Assembly: GCA_963647095.1 (NCBI GenBank)
Contig: CAVIYC010000001.1
Span: 1-44,024 of the forward strand
Source of the DNA: Oscillospiraceae bacterium
GTDB lineage: Bacteria; Bacillota_I; Bacilli_A; RFN20; CAG-826
Direction of reading: 5' to 3'
DNA length: 44,024 nucleotides
Below are positions 25,155 to 33,778 of this stretch, piece after piece. The number at the start of each line of letters is the position of its first letter. Position 1 is the first letter of the stretch. The position numbers and the translations under genes were made by a program. The notes below the pieces were generated by a model that did no database searches, was not told the DNA's origin, and saw nothing but the letters and a program-made list of their open reading frames with translations.

Positions 25155-26657
25155 TTAGAGAATTTCTCTTTGTTGCTTTAAGAATTCGACGTCCAATTTG
25201 ATCTGTTTCTTTTCTTCTTCGCTCAATTTGTCGTAGAGCTTGAAGAACGAATCGATGTCTTTGGATTTCTTCTCTTTCGGATAGTTGGGGTTGGAAACGT
25301 TGGCGGAAAGCCTCTTTTCGAGAGCTTGGGTCTTCTCCAAAGGAGTTTTCTTTGGAGCGGCCGGTTTCTTTTCTTCGGCTTTCTTTGGAGTGGGTTTGGC
25401 TTCGGTTTTCTTGCTCGTGGCTTTTTTGGCTACGGGGTTTTTCTCTTCGGCCTTTTTAACTTCAACTTTCTTTGCGGTCTTAACCTCGGATTTGGCCTTT
25501 GGTTTGGCCTCGGCCTTAGCTACGGGTTTTTCCTTCTTTTCGGAAACGGGTTTTTTCTCCGTTTCTTTGGCTTTGACTTCGATTGGCTTGGAAACCGGCT
25601 TGTTTTCAGGTTGATTAACCTCTTTTTCCGTTTCCTTTATTTGAGGTTTTGCTTTCTGAATCGGGGCGGTTTCTTGCTTTTGGGGCAAAGGCTCCAAGGA
25701 AGTCGTGGCCTTGAAGTCGCGTTCGGTTTTTTCGACCACCATCTTCAAGCCTTTGACGTTGATGGAAAAGCTATCGCCGGTTTTGGCCAAAGCGTTGTTC
25801 GGCAATTTGGATAGCAAGACGTCTTTGGTGACGTCGACCGGTCCATGGATTCCTTTGACATATGGAATGGACGCGTCGTCGCGAATCAATACGTTAAGGC
25901 GTTTCGCCGAAGCGATTACGGCATCGACCGGGGTAGACCCAAAATCATAAAACGGTTTGTTTTGTTTTGGCTCGGCCGGCTTTTCTTCTTTCTTTGGAAG
26001 ATTGGCTTTGGCGGGTTTCTGCTCGATTTTCGGAACGGAAATTGGCTTAACTTCAATCTTTTTGATTTCTTTTTTCTCCACCTTCAAGGCGGGGGCTTTC
26101 TCTTTCTTGGCTTCTATCTTCTTAAACTCTTTGGGCTTATTCAAAGAATGTCCTTCCAGCTGACCTCCGGCGTTAATTTTCATAACGGCCAAAAATCTTC
26201 CGTTTTGGGAGCCTAGGCTGTTTAGTTTATCGAGATCGTAGGCAAGGTTTTTGTCTTGGGTGATGACTAGGACTCTGTAATGGATTCTGAGAACGGTTGC
26301 GGTTGCTAAGATGGATGGATCTGCGAAGGTGTCGCCTTTTCTCTGCTGCCTTTTCGCCACTTGGATTACGTGATGTCTTCTTTGCGCGTCTTTCAATATG
26401 TTGAGCGCTCTAACTGCATCGATACGAGCTTCGCTATAATGCCAATCCTTGTTGGCGGCGTGTTTCTCAAGCTCCTCGATACATTCTTTCAAGGTGATGA
26501 CTTCCAATCCGTCTTTCCAATATCTCTTCGAACCAACCAAGGCGTCCATGAATAACGGGAATCCCTCATCCATCAAGGCGCAGGTATCGATGATGACCCT
26601 GTCGTAATTCGATAAGACTTTTGCCAATGAAGAGAACGTTTTCTCTTGGCTATACAT
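25155..26657 (-). CDS. PIN-domain protein with long Lys/Glu/Pro-rich (histone H1-like) tracts, 500 aa
   Basis: The N-terminal ~165 aa carry a PIN-type acidic tetrad in context: D24 (VIIDTCAL), E61 (ECIEELE), D113 (FADPSI), D135 (ITQDKNL). Two KEP-rich low-complexity tracts flank a ~90-aa ordered segment (PFYDFGSTPVDAVIASAKRLNVLIRDD...). The C-terminus is helical. GGAGG Shine-Dalgarno is present. Confidence 0.6.
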   Translation of the reverse strand: MYSQEKTFSSLAKVLSNYDRVIIDTCALMDEGFPLFMDALVGSKRYWKDGLEVITLKECIEELEKHAANKDWHYSEARIDAVRALNILKDAQRRHHVIQVAKRQQRKGDTFADPSILATATVLRIHYRVLVITQDKNLAYDLDKLNSLGSQNGRFLAVMKINAGGQLEGHSLNKPKEFKKIEAKKEKAPALKVEKKEIKKIEVKPISVPKIEQKPAKANLPKKEEKPAEPKQNKPFYDFGSTPVDAVIASAKRLNVLIRDDASIPYVKGIHGPVDVTKDVLLSKLPNNALAKTGDSFSINVKGLKMVVEKTERDFKATTSLEPLPQKQETAPIQKAKPQIKETEKEVNQPENKPVSKPIEVKAKETEKKPVSEKKEKPVAKAEAKPKAKSEVKTAKKVEVKKAEEKNPVAKKATSKKTEAKPTPKKAEEKKPAAPKKTPLEKTQALEKRLSANVSNPNYPKEKKSKDIDSFFKLYDKLSEEEKKQIKLDVEFLKQQREIL

Positions 26658-26720
26658 TAAATAACCTCCTTATGGATTGTATTTTACTCCCATAAACAAA
26701 TATTGACCACTTAACAAAAA

Positions 26721-27152
26721 TCAGCGATCTTGGCCAATTTGCTTAAGGTATCTATTTAAGATCACTCCCGCTGCGGCGGAGTCGATGTTGCTCTTTTGCT
26801 GTTTGCTGCTTTTTCCGGATTCATGAAGGAAAGCCGAGGCTTCCACCGTGGAATTCCTTTCGTCGACTTTGACAATGTCGACATTAGGAAACGTTACTTC
26901 CAATTTTTTGATAAATAATTCGACTACCGGCGTCATTTCGCATGGATCGCCGGACGGAAACAAAGGCCAACCGATGGCTAAATGTTCTATCGTTTCGCCT
27001 TCGATGACGGATTTTAATCCCTCTATCGCTTCGTCGTAGCAACCGGCGTGAAATCTGAGGTTCTTTAGCAATGTTACGAAAATGCCGCTCCTGGAAATAG
27101 CGATTCCCAAGCTTCCTTTTCCCAAATCCAACGCCAGAATGTTTTTTTGCAT
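26721..27152 (-). CDS. ruvX: Holliday-junction-resolvase-like pre-16S rRNA nuclease RuvX/YqgF
   Basis: 143 aa with ILALDLGKGSLGIAIS, VDERNST and DSAAAGVIL motifs. Confidence 0.9.
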   Translation of the reverse strand: MQKNILALDLGKGSLGIAISRSGIFVTLLKNLRFHAGCYDEAIEGLKSVIEGETIEHLAIGWPLFPSGDPCEMTPVVELFIKKLEVTFPNVDIVKVDERNSTVEASAFLHESGKSSKQQKSNIDSAAAGVILNRYLKQIGQDR

Positions 27153-27234
27153 AAATAGACAAATGGATAATATAACTTTGACCGGGGTTTTTCCACTTAT
27201 CTCTTTTTATGACTCGCCCATAACGCGAGTTAGA

Positions 27235-27262
27235 TTGCTTTATTTTCAATAACGGATATAAT
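27235..27262 (+). promoter_or_regulatory. Candidate promoter TTGCTT-16 nt-TATAAT for the O-antigen-ligase-like gene
   Basis: The sequence reads gaTTGCTTtattttcaataacggaTATAATcgag and lies 22 nt upstream of ATG 27285. Confidence 0.45.
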
Positions 27263-27284
27263 CGAGAAACTTGAATTGAGTTAT

Positions 27285-29369
27285 ATGGTTGACGAAGAAG
27301 CAAGGCAAGGCCGACTAAAGAAATTGATAGCCAGCGGTTTTTCCAGAAGATACGTATTGGTTTTCGTTTTGCTTATCCTTTATATCGCCTTCACGGCCTT
27401 CACCACCGAAAGTTTGTCTATCTTCAATGGCGAAGTTTCGAACATGAATGACTTGGAATTCTATTTGATGGCTTCCGCCTCGTTGTTATTAGGGGCGGGG
27501 ATCATTATTTTCGCGTTTAAGTCATTCAACGCCAAATTCAATCGGCCGTTATTCGTTATTTGCGCGGTTTTATTGGTCATTGACATAGTCGCCGTTTCGA
27601 CTTTTCCCGAAACCATCAGCGCCAATTGGATGACTTATACGATCCATAATAACGAAAGAATCAGATATATCTTCAATTGGTTGGTCGCGGATGTCGGAAT
27701 TTATATATTCATCGGAATCGTTCCTTATATCTTCAAATCCCATACCGGCGTGGATTTTTGGCTTTGGGTCGGAATCTTCGTCGGGGTTCTTTTGACCGTT
27801 GCCTCATTGATAACCGAGCAAGAGGCTTGGAAAAGCATGTTTTCTGGCGGTAATTTTGAAGGCTTAAAATCATTGACCAACAACAAGAACACTTTTGGAT
27901 TCGCCATTCTTTGGTCTTTTAATTGCTCGCTCATCCTTTATGCCAAATATCACAAACCCTATTTCCTCGCTTTCTGCATATTCTTCGTTTTGATGACGGT
28001 GGCCACGGTTTGCAAAACCAGCATAGCCACCTTGGGAATAGAGGTTTTGTTAACCATGATCGTGTTCCCGATAATCTCTTGGAAGAAACGAAAGAAGGGC
28101 CAAATAATCTTCCTTTCGATAATGGCCGTTTGTATCGCCATAGTCCTTTTGATTGCTTATGTTCCCATCGAACCGTTGAAAGGATTAAGCAAACTCTTGA
28201 AAGACGAGTTGAATTTAATCTTCCATTTGAGTGGGGGGACGATGACCGGCAGGACCGATATTTGGAAAGGCATTTTCGCCGGCTTTAAGGCAAAGCCGAC
28301 CGTTTTGCTCTTTGGAGCCGGGGATTCCGTTTTCGAATATTTCGTCGGGGTGTACGCCGCGGACGGGATGACCGCAAAATTGGCCGCCCACAATGGCTTT
28401 CTCTACGTCTGGGGTCGTTTGGGAATCGTTGGTTTGTTGGTATATGTCTTCTTTATCGGCTACATCATTTATAACGTTATCCGCGCGATCAAAGTAAGAA
28501 AAGAAACCTGGATGGCGGTTTTGTTCATAGTTTTGTTCGGCTTCTTATGCCACTCGATGGCCGAGGATGACGCTTTGTTGGACATGAGATTGAAAGGAAT
28601 GATGTTCTTGGGAATCATTTGGTGGCCGATAGGCGTCTCTAACAGGGATTATAAATTGTCCATCTGCAAAGAAGCCCAAAAAGAAAAAGTCAAAATCACG
28701 ACCTTGGAGAAAATCACTTCTTTGGACGTTTTGAAGACTTCCTACATGATTTCGATGGTTCTATTCGTTGTTTTCGTGGGATTGGCCCCGTTGTTTGAAA
28801 CGGCGTTTGGGTCATGTTTGTTCAATAACAAATATTCATTGTCGGGATTGACGGTTTTGTTCCTGGTCGGACCTTTGTTGTTCTACGAAGCCAAGGAACT
28901 CAAAGATTCAGGCAATAAAATTTGTTTCATAATGCATACGATATTATCGGCGTTTGTTGTGGTCATTGGCGTTGTCGTTGGCGCCACAATCAATTCGTTG
29001 TCTTATCCAATCGCAATGACTTTCGTTTTGTTGTTCGTTTTGACGGAAGGCGCTATCGGAGCCAAATTCCAAAAGCTCTCTATAAAGGATGTTTACCCTT
29101 TATTGATAAAAGTCTTTGTCGCCGTGTTGGTCGTTGGTCTGTCTCATTGCCTTAACGCCGGCTTGCCTGCGGAAACAATGAAAACGTGCTTGGTGGCTAT
29201 GCTTTGCTTGTATGTTTCATTGGAAATGTTGGTGTTGTCCATATTCCCGAAAGAAAAGTTTTATAACGGCGCGGCAGGCTTTTTGGAAGCCAACTTCGAA
29301 AGCAAACACGAAACATTCGCCGATAGAATCGAAATAGAAGTAAACGAAAGAATGAATTCTACTTACTGA
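27285..29369 (+). CDS. O-antigen ligase/polymerase (Wzy_C)-like polytopic membrane protein with extra C-terminal TM domain
   Basis: ORF 27276..29369 starts at TTG; I prefer ATG 27285. A Wzy_C-like block AAHNGFLYVWGRLGIVGLLVYVFFIGY is present. An additional ~230 aa with 6 or more TM segments follows residue ~470. Confidence 0.6.
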   Translation: MVDEEARQGRLKKLIASGFSRRYVLVFVLLILYIAFTAFTTESLSIFNGEVSNMNDLEFYLMASASLLLGAGIIIFAFKSFNAKFNRPLFVICAVLLVIDIVAVSTFPETISANWMTYTIHNNERIRYIFNWLVADVGIYIFIGIVPYIFKSHTGVDFWLWVGIFVGVLLTVASLITEQEAWKSMFSGGNFEGLKSLTNNKNTFGFAILWSFNCSLILYAKYHKPYFLAFCIFFVLMTVATVCKTSIATLGIEVLLTMIVFPIISWKKRKKGQIIFLSIMAVCIAIVLLIAYVPIEPLKGLSKLLKDELNLIFHLSGGTMTGRTDIWKGIFAGFKAKPTVLLFGAGDSVFEYFVGVYAADGMTAKLAAHNGFLYVWGRLGIVGLLVYVFFIGYIIYNVIRAIKVRKETWMAVLFIVLFGFLCHSMAEDDALLDMRLKGMMFLGIIWWPIGVSNRDYKLSICKEAQKEKVKITTLEKITSLDVLKTSYMISMVLFVVFVGLAPLFETAFGSCLFNNKYSLSGLTVLFLVGPLLFYEAKELKDSGNKICFIMHTILSAFVVVIGVVVGATINSLSYPIAMTFVLLFVLTEGAIGAKFQKLSIKDVYPLLIKVFVAVLVVGLSHCLNAGLPAETMKTCLVAMLCLYVSLEMLVLSIFPKEKFYNGAAGFLEANFESKHETFADRIEIEVNERMNSTY

Positions 29370-30249
29370 ATTCTTTGATGGCGCCGACTTTGCCGGAATA
29401 AACGCGATAGCCTTCTTCCAACAACGTGAGCTCGGCGTTCAAGATAGCTTTTCTGTCCCTGCTTAAAGCAAAGAACGCCGATCCAGAACCAGTCATGGAA
29501 ACTATTTCGGCTCCAAGGGCTCTGACTTTGTCCATTTCCTTTTCTAAATCAGGATAAAGCGACAAGGCCGCCGGATACAATTCATTGACCACGCCGTTGA
29601 TGACATTGGCTTCGTTTCCTTCCGCCAAATCTTTGATCAATTGATCGGAAGTCCCTTGTTCTATGCTCATCGTATCATAAGCGGCATATACGTCTTTGGT
29701 AGCCAAACCCTTTTTTGGGGCTATAAGCAAAATGTAATAATCTTTGGCTACGGTAATCGGTTCCAAACTTTCTCCGACGCCGGTTAATCTAACGGGTTGG
29801 GGTTTGATGAAGAACGGTACGTCCGCTCCCAATTCCAAACCGATTTTTCTCAATTCGTCGTCGGTGGCGTTCAATTTGAGCAATTTGTTGATGGCTCTGA
29901 TGACGCAGGCGGCGTTGGAAGATCCACCTCCCATTCCGGCGGCGACCGGAATAAGTTTATGGATCCTGATTTCGAAATTTTCCTCAAAGCCATAATGGGC
30001 GCGCATGACATCCACCGCTTTTTGGCAGATGTTATGGTGGTTTCTCTGCAAAAAAGGAAGATCGCAAACAACGGTCGTGCTCTTGGCGTATCTATTTACG
30101 ATAACTTCGACCACATCGTGGATGGTCGTTGGCAAAACAACGGAATCCAAATAATGATATCCGTCTTCCCTAACGCCTTTGACGTGCAAAGACAAATTTA
30201 TTTTGGCATATGACTTCAATGTCACCGAATGCAATCTGAACAATTTCAT
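29359..30249 (-). CDS. ispE: 4-diphosphocytidyl-2-C-methyl-D-erythritol kinase
   Basis: 296 aa with AKINLSLHV and the GHMP kinase motif PVAAGMGGGSSNAA. Its stop overlaps the convergent upstream gene by 11 nt. Confidence 0.9.
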   Translation of the reverse strand: MKLFRLHSVTLKSYAKINLSLHVKGVREDGYHYLDSVVLPTTIHDVVEVIVNRYAKSTTVVCDLPFLQRNHHNICQKAVDVMRAHYGFEENFEIRIHKLIPVAAGMGGGSSNAACVIRAINKLLKLNATDDELRKIGLELGADVPFFIKPQPVRLTGVGESLEPITVAKDYYILLIAPKKGLATKDVYAAYDTMSIEQGTSDQLIKDLAEGNEANVINGVVNELYPAALSLYPDLEKEMDKVRALGAEIVSMTGSGSAFFALSRDRKAILNAELTLLEEGYRVYSGKVGAIKEFSK

Positions 30250-30255
30250 ATAGCG

Positions 30256-30261
30256 ATAATA
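30256..30261 (-). promoter_or_regulatory. -10-like TATTAT 6 nt upstream of the ispE ATG (leaderless-type)
   Basis: The minus strand reads gagtaTATTATcgctatATG. No Shine-Dalgarno sequence. Confidence 0.3.
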
Positions 30262-30296
30262 TACTCTTAGGCGCCTTTTAATAAAACGCAGTTTTG

Positions 30297-31109
30297 TTAA
30301 TCTTTGTCTTCCACGGCGTCCAACAATCTCAAATAGTCGTCCAAAGTCAATGTTTCAGGCCTGGCTTTTAAAGATATGTTGGCTTTTTCCAACGCGGCTT
30401 CAGACTTGTCCGCATCGTTTAAAACGTACTGAAGATTATTGAAAATGGTTTTGCGGCGATGTGAAAACATCTTCGTGACGAAGCCATATAAACGCGAAGC
30501 TTTGTCCAAGTCTCTGTCACGCTTGAATTCCAGGCTAAAGACTATGGAGTCGATGTGCGGAGCCGGAACAAATGAATCCCTCGGCACCAAGAATTCTCTT
30601 TTGACGTTAGCCACATAACTAAGCAAAATCGGCAAAGGTCCATAATCTTCCGTGCCAACTTTGGCGGAAAGCCTTAAGAACGCTTCTTTTTGAACCATTA
30701 AAACGGCTTTCCTACATGATTTCGATTCCAAAACGATCTTTTCGATCAAACTTGAGGTGATGTAATAAGGAAGGTTTCCAAGAACCAAATCATAGTTGGA
30801 AAAATCCGCCTTTAAGGCGTTTTGGAGAATCGGGTGAATATGTGGGTAATCTTTAAAATCTTCTTTTAGCTTCGTTACCAAGCCTTCATCGATGTCTAAT
30901 AACGTCGCTTCCGCATTATAATCCGCCAAAAACACGGAAAGAGAGCCTGCTCCAGGGCCGATTTCCAAAACTTTGTCTCCGTCTTTGATATCCAACAAAG
31001 CCACGATACGTCCTGCGTCTTTTTCGGAAATGAGGAAATTTTGGCCAACTTCGTGTTTGGCTAGCAACTTATATTCTTTTACCTTCTCGAAATATTTGCT
31101 TTTATCCAT
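30297..31109 (-). CDS. rsmA: 16S rRNA (adenine1518/1519-N6)-dimethyltransferase RsmA/KsgA
   Basis: 270 aa with GQNFL, SAM motif EIGPGAGSLS and GNLPYYITS. Confidence 0.93.
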   Translation of the reverse strand: MDKSKYFEKVKEYKLLAKHEVGQNFLISEKDAGRIVALLDIKDGDKVLEIGPGAGSLSVFLADYNAEATLLDIDEGLVTKLKEDFKDYPHIHPILQNALKADFSNYDLVLGNLPYYITSSLIEKIVLESKSCRKAVLMVQKEAFLRLSAKVGTEDYGPLPILLSYVANVKREFLVPRDSFVPAPHIDSIVFSLEFKRDRDLDKASRLYGFVTKMFSHRRKTIFNNLQYVLNDADKSEAALEKANISLKARPETLTLDDYLRLLDAVEDKD

Positions 31110-31635
31110 TTATCATTCCCTCCAGCTGCGAATACGTAATACCTAAGGCATTCGCCCTCTTTAAGAACGTTTTGCCATTGGTTATTCCGATATTTAACTT
31201 ACTTCCGACGCGTTTTCTCAATTCCGCCGAACTATCCAAACCAACCAAACCAAGATTATAGAGGTCGGCCATAGTCAATGAAGCATTCGGGGCTTTCTTT
31301 TCCGGAACTAGATGAGACAAAGCCTCTAAAATCGTGTCTTTGTCACATTCCGCCACTCCGACTTTGTGTTTCTTTATAGATTTTTCTTTGGGCACGAAAG
31401 CGTGTTTTGCCGAAGGCACCCTTTGAGAAATCGTATCTCTTATCTTTTTGCCCGGAGAGTCCGGATCCAACAAAAGGATTATGTCTCTGGTTTTGGCGGC
31501 CTCTTCTATATATCTCAACGTTTCTTCCGATATCGCCGAACCGTTGGTCGTAACGATATCCGCGTCGATAAAAGAAGAAAGCAAGGCTTCGTCCATCTTT
31601 CCTTCAACTACGATTATCGCATCTATTCTTTTCAT
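31102..31635 (-). CDS. rnmV: Ribonuclease M5 (Toprim)
   Basis: 177 aa with IIVVEGKMDE and LLDPDSPGKKIR Toprim motifs. Conserved tatD-rnmV-rsmA order. Confidence 0.88.
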   Translation of the reverse strand: MKRIDAIIVVEGKMDEALLSSFIDADIVTTNGSAISEETLRYIEEAAKTRDIILLLDPDSPGKKIRDTISQRVPSAKHAFVPKEKSIKKHKVGVAECDKDTILEALSHLVPEKKAPNASLTMADLYNLGLVGLDSSAELRKRVGSKLNIGITNGKTFLKRANALGITYSQLEGMING

Positions 31636-32405
31636 CTCTTCACCTTAAAAAGTCTTTCGAAGTTCGCGTTCAAGCGTTCTTTCAATTCTTCTTCGCTTTC
31701 ATTCCTTAGTAAAACCATTTGATCGAATATTTCTTTTATATAGGCCGGCTGGTTTTGCTTGCCGCGATACGGAACCGGCGGCAAATACGGGGAATCGGTC
31801 TCAATAAGCAATCTGTCAATGTCGCATTTTTTGACGCATTCCTTCGGAGTTACCGCGTTCTTGTAGGTGATTGGCCCGTCAAATCCGAAATAAGCGCCCA
31901 ATTTCTCGAATCGGCCCATCATCTCTTCGGAGCCGGAATAGCAATGGAGAACAAAACCGTTCTCAATCGGATTGTCTTTGATTATTTGATAAACGTCGTT
32001 TGAGGCGTCTCTGGCGTGTATCGAAACCGGAAGCTTCAATTTATTCGCCAACCTTATTTGCTTTATGAACCATTCTTTTTGTTCTTTTTTGGTTTCTTCG
32101 TCGTTTTTCCAATGGTAGTCGAGGCCGATTTCTCCTATCGCCACGACTTTGTCGGATTTAGCCAAGTCTTCTAGCTTCTCCAACGATCCGTCGTTCTCGT
32201 CTTCATAGTTTTCAGGGTGTATTCCCACCGCCGCGTAAACCCCATCATATTCATTAGCCAATTCAACGGCTTTTTTTGAGCTTTCCAAATTCCAACCAAC
32301 AACCAAAAACGCGTCGATTCCGCGCTTTTTTGCATTTTCTATCGCTTCTTTGGCGTTTATTCCGTCATCGTTTAGATGGCAATGGCTATCAAATAGGTTC
32401 TTCAT
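31632..32405 (-). CDS. tatD: TatD-family metal-dependent hydrolase/DNase (YabD-like)
   Basis: 257 aa with FDSHCHL, GEIGLDY, SIHARDA and ETDSPYL motifs. Confidence 0.9.
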   Translation of the reverse strand: MKNLFDSHCHLNDDGINAKEAIENAKKRGIDAFLVVGWNLESSKKAVELANEYDGVYAAVGIHPENYEDENDGSLEKLEDLAKSDKVVAIGEIGLDYHWKNDEETKKEQKEWFIKQIRLANKLKLPVSIHARDASNDVYQIIKDNPIENGFVLHCYSGSEEMMGRFEKLGAYFGFDGPITYKNAVTPKECVKKCDIDRLLIETDSPYLPPVPYRGKQNQPAYIKEIFDQMVLLRNESEEELKERLNANFERLFKVKR

Positions 32406-33737
32406 TTATTTACCCACGCAGAAACGAGAGAAAATCTCGTCGGTCAAATCGTTGGTGGCCTCTTCTCCGAGAAGTTCCCTGACACAGTTATAGGCGGCCA
32501 TCAAATTCACGGAAACAAAGTCGATCGGGGCGTTGGACACGCAATCGATTTTGGCTTGGGCCAAAGATGAATCTATTTGCCTTAAAAGACCAAGTTCGCG
32601 CACATTGGACAACGAAGGGTTCTTATACGCTTCTTTGGTTAATCCCAAACATTCGTATAAGGCGTCTTCCAAAGGCTTCAATTCGCCTTTTGCCGCCGAA
32701 ATATACAGTTTTCCGTCTTCTTTGTTCTTTAATTCGTCTTCTTTGTTATAACAAACGATCAATTTCTTGTCTTTCGCCAATTCTTCGATTTCTTTTTCTT
32801 TCTCGCCGAATCCGTTTGTCGCATCGACGACCAAAACGACGATATCCGCTTCTTCTATGGCTTTTTTGGAACGTTCCACGCCTATGGCTTCGACTACGTC
32901 CGCTTCCTCTCTTATGCCGGCGGTGTCTAAGAAGGTGACAGGCACGCCTTTGAGGTTATAGCTTCCTTCTATGACGTCTCTGGTTGTTCCGGGTATGTCG
33001 GTGACGATGGCTTTGTTCTCTTTGAGCAAAGCGTTTAGAATCGATGATTTTCCAACGTTTGGCTGGCCGACCAAGGCGACTTTCACGCCATAACGGACTA
33101 TCTTTCCTTTTTCTCCGCCATCTATCAAAGAAGAAATGTTCTTTCTGATCTCATCTATTTTGGAAACGATGATTTGTTCGTTCATTTCCTCGATGTCTTC
33201 ATATTCCGGGAAGTCTATGTTCACTTCCACGGACGATAGCAATTCCGCCAAAGAATCCCTTAATGGCTTAATCAAATTCGATGTCTCGCCTTTATAGGAA
33301 AGCAACGATAGATTCTTGGCTTCTTTGGTGGTCGCGCTTATCAAATCGTTGATTGATTCCGCTTCGAGCAAATCCATCTTCCCGTTATAAAACCCGCGAG
33401 AGGAGAATTCCCCTCTTTCCGCGTATCTCGCGCCCGACGAAATATAGGCTTCAATGATTTCGTTAACGATAACCATCGATCCGTGGGAAAAGATTTCCAC
33501 CACATCCTCTCCGGTAAAGGAATTCGGATGGGGATAAGCCAGCAAAACGACGTTGTCGATCAATTCGCCGTTATAGGAAATATCGCCGACGAAAGACGTT
33601 CTTTTGCTTATTGGGGAAATTTCTTTCGAAAACAATTTGTCGGTCAACAAGAAAGCGTCGTCTCCCGAGACTCTTATTACGGCGAGGGCGCTCATTAAGG
33701 GCGGCGTGGCCAATGCGACGATGGTGTTGCTTTTCAT
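32406..33737 (-). CDS. mnmE: tRNA modification GTPase MnmE/TrmE
   Basis: 443 aa with G1 GQPNVGKSSILNAL, G3 DTAGIRE, NK.D (YNKED) and the C-terminal CVGK tetrapeptide. Confidence 0.95.
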   Translation of the reverse strand: MKSNTIVALATPPLMSALAVIRVSGDDAFLLTDKLFSKEISPISKRTSFVGDISYNGELIDNVVLLAYPHPNSFTGEDVVEIFSHGSMVIVNEIIEAYISSGARYAERGEFSSRGFYNGKMDLLEAESINDLISATTKEAKNLSLLSYKGETSNLIKPLRDSLAELLSSVEVNIDFPEYEDIEEMNEQIIVSKIDEIRKNISSLIDGGEKGKIVRYGVKVALVGQPNVGKSSILNALLKENKAIVTDIPGTTRDVIEGSYNLKGVPVTFLDTAGIREEADVVEAIGVERSKKAIEEADIVVLVVDATNGFGEKEKEIEELAKDKKLIVCYNKEDELKNKEDGKLYISAAKGELKPLEDALYECLGLTKEAYKNPSLSNVRELGLLRQIDSSLAQAKIDCVSNAPIDFVSVNLMAAYNCVRELLGEEATNDLTDEIFSRFCVGK

Positions 33738-33746
33738 AACGAAATC

Positions 33747-33755
33747 ATTATATCA
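33747..33755 (-). promoter_or_regulatory. Extended -10 TGATATAAT 9 nt upstream of the mnmE ATG (near-leaderless)
   Basis: The minus strand reads cttttTGATATAATgatttcgttATG. No Shine-Dalgarno sequence. Confidence 0.45.
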
Positions 33756-33778
33756 AAAAGAAAAGGGCTTAAGCCCTT
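33756..33778 (-). terminator. Rho-independent terminator after jag (perfect palindrome AAGGGCTTAAGCCCTT)
   Basis: The 16-nt perfect palindrome at 33763-33778 overlaps the jag stop codon. On the minus strand it is followed by TTCTTTTTG. Confidence 0.6.

Noticed and set aside
25300-26100. K/E/P-rich coding region considered as a DNA tandem repeat or minisatellite.
   Set aside because: The nucleotide sequence is compositionally biased, but I could not find exact or near-exact tandem units. It is low-complexity coding sequence, not a repeat array.
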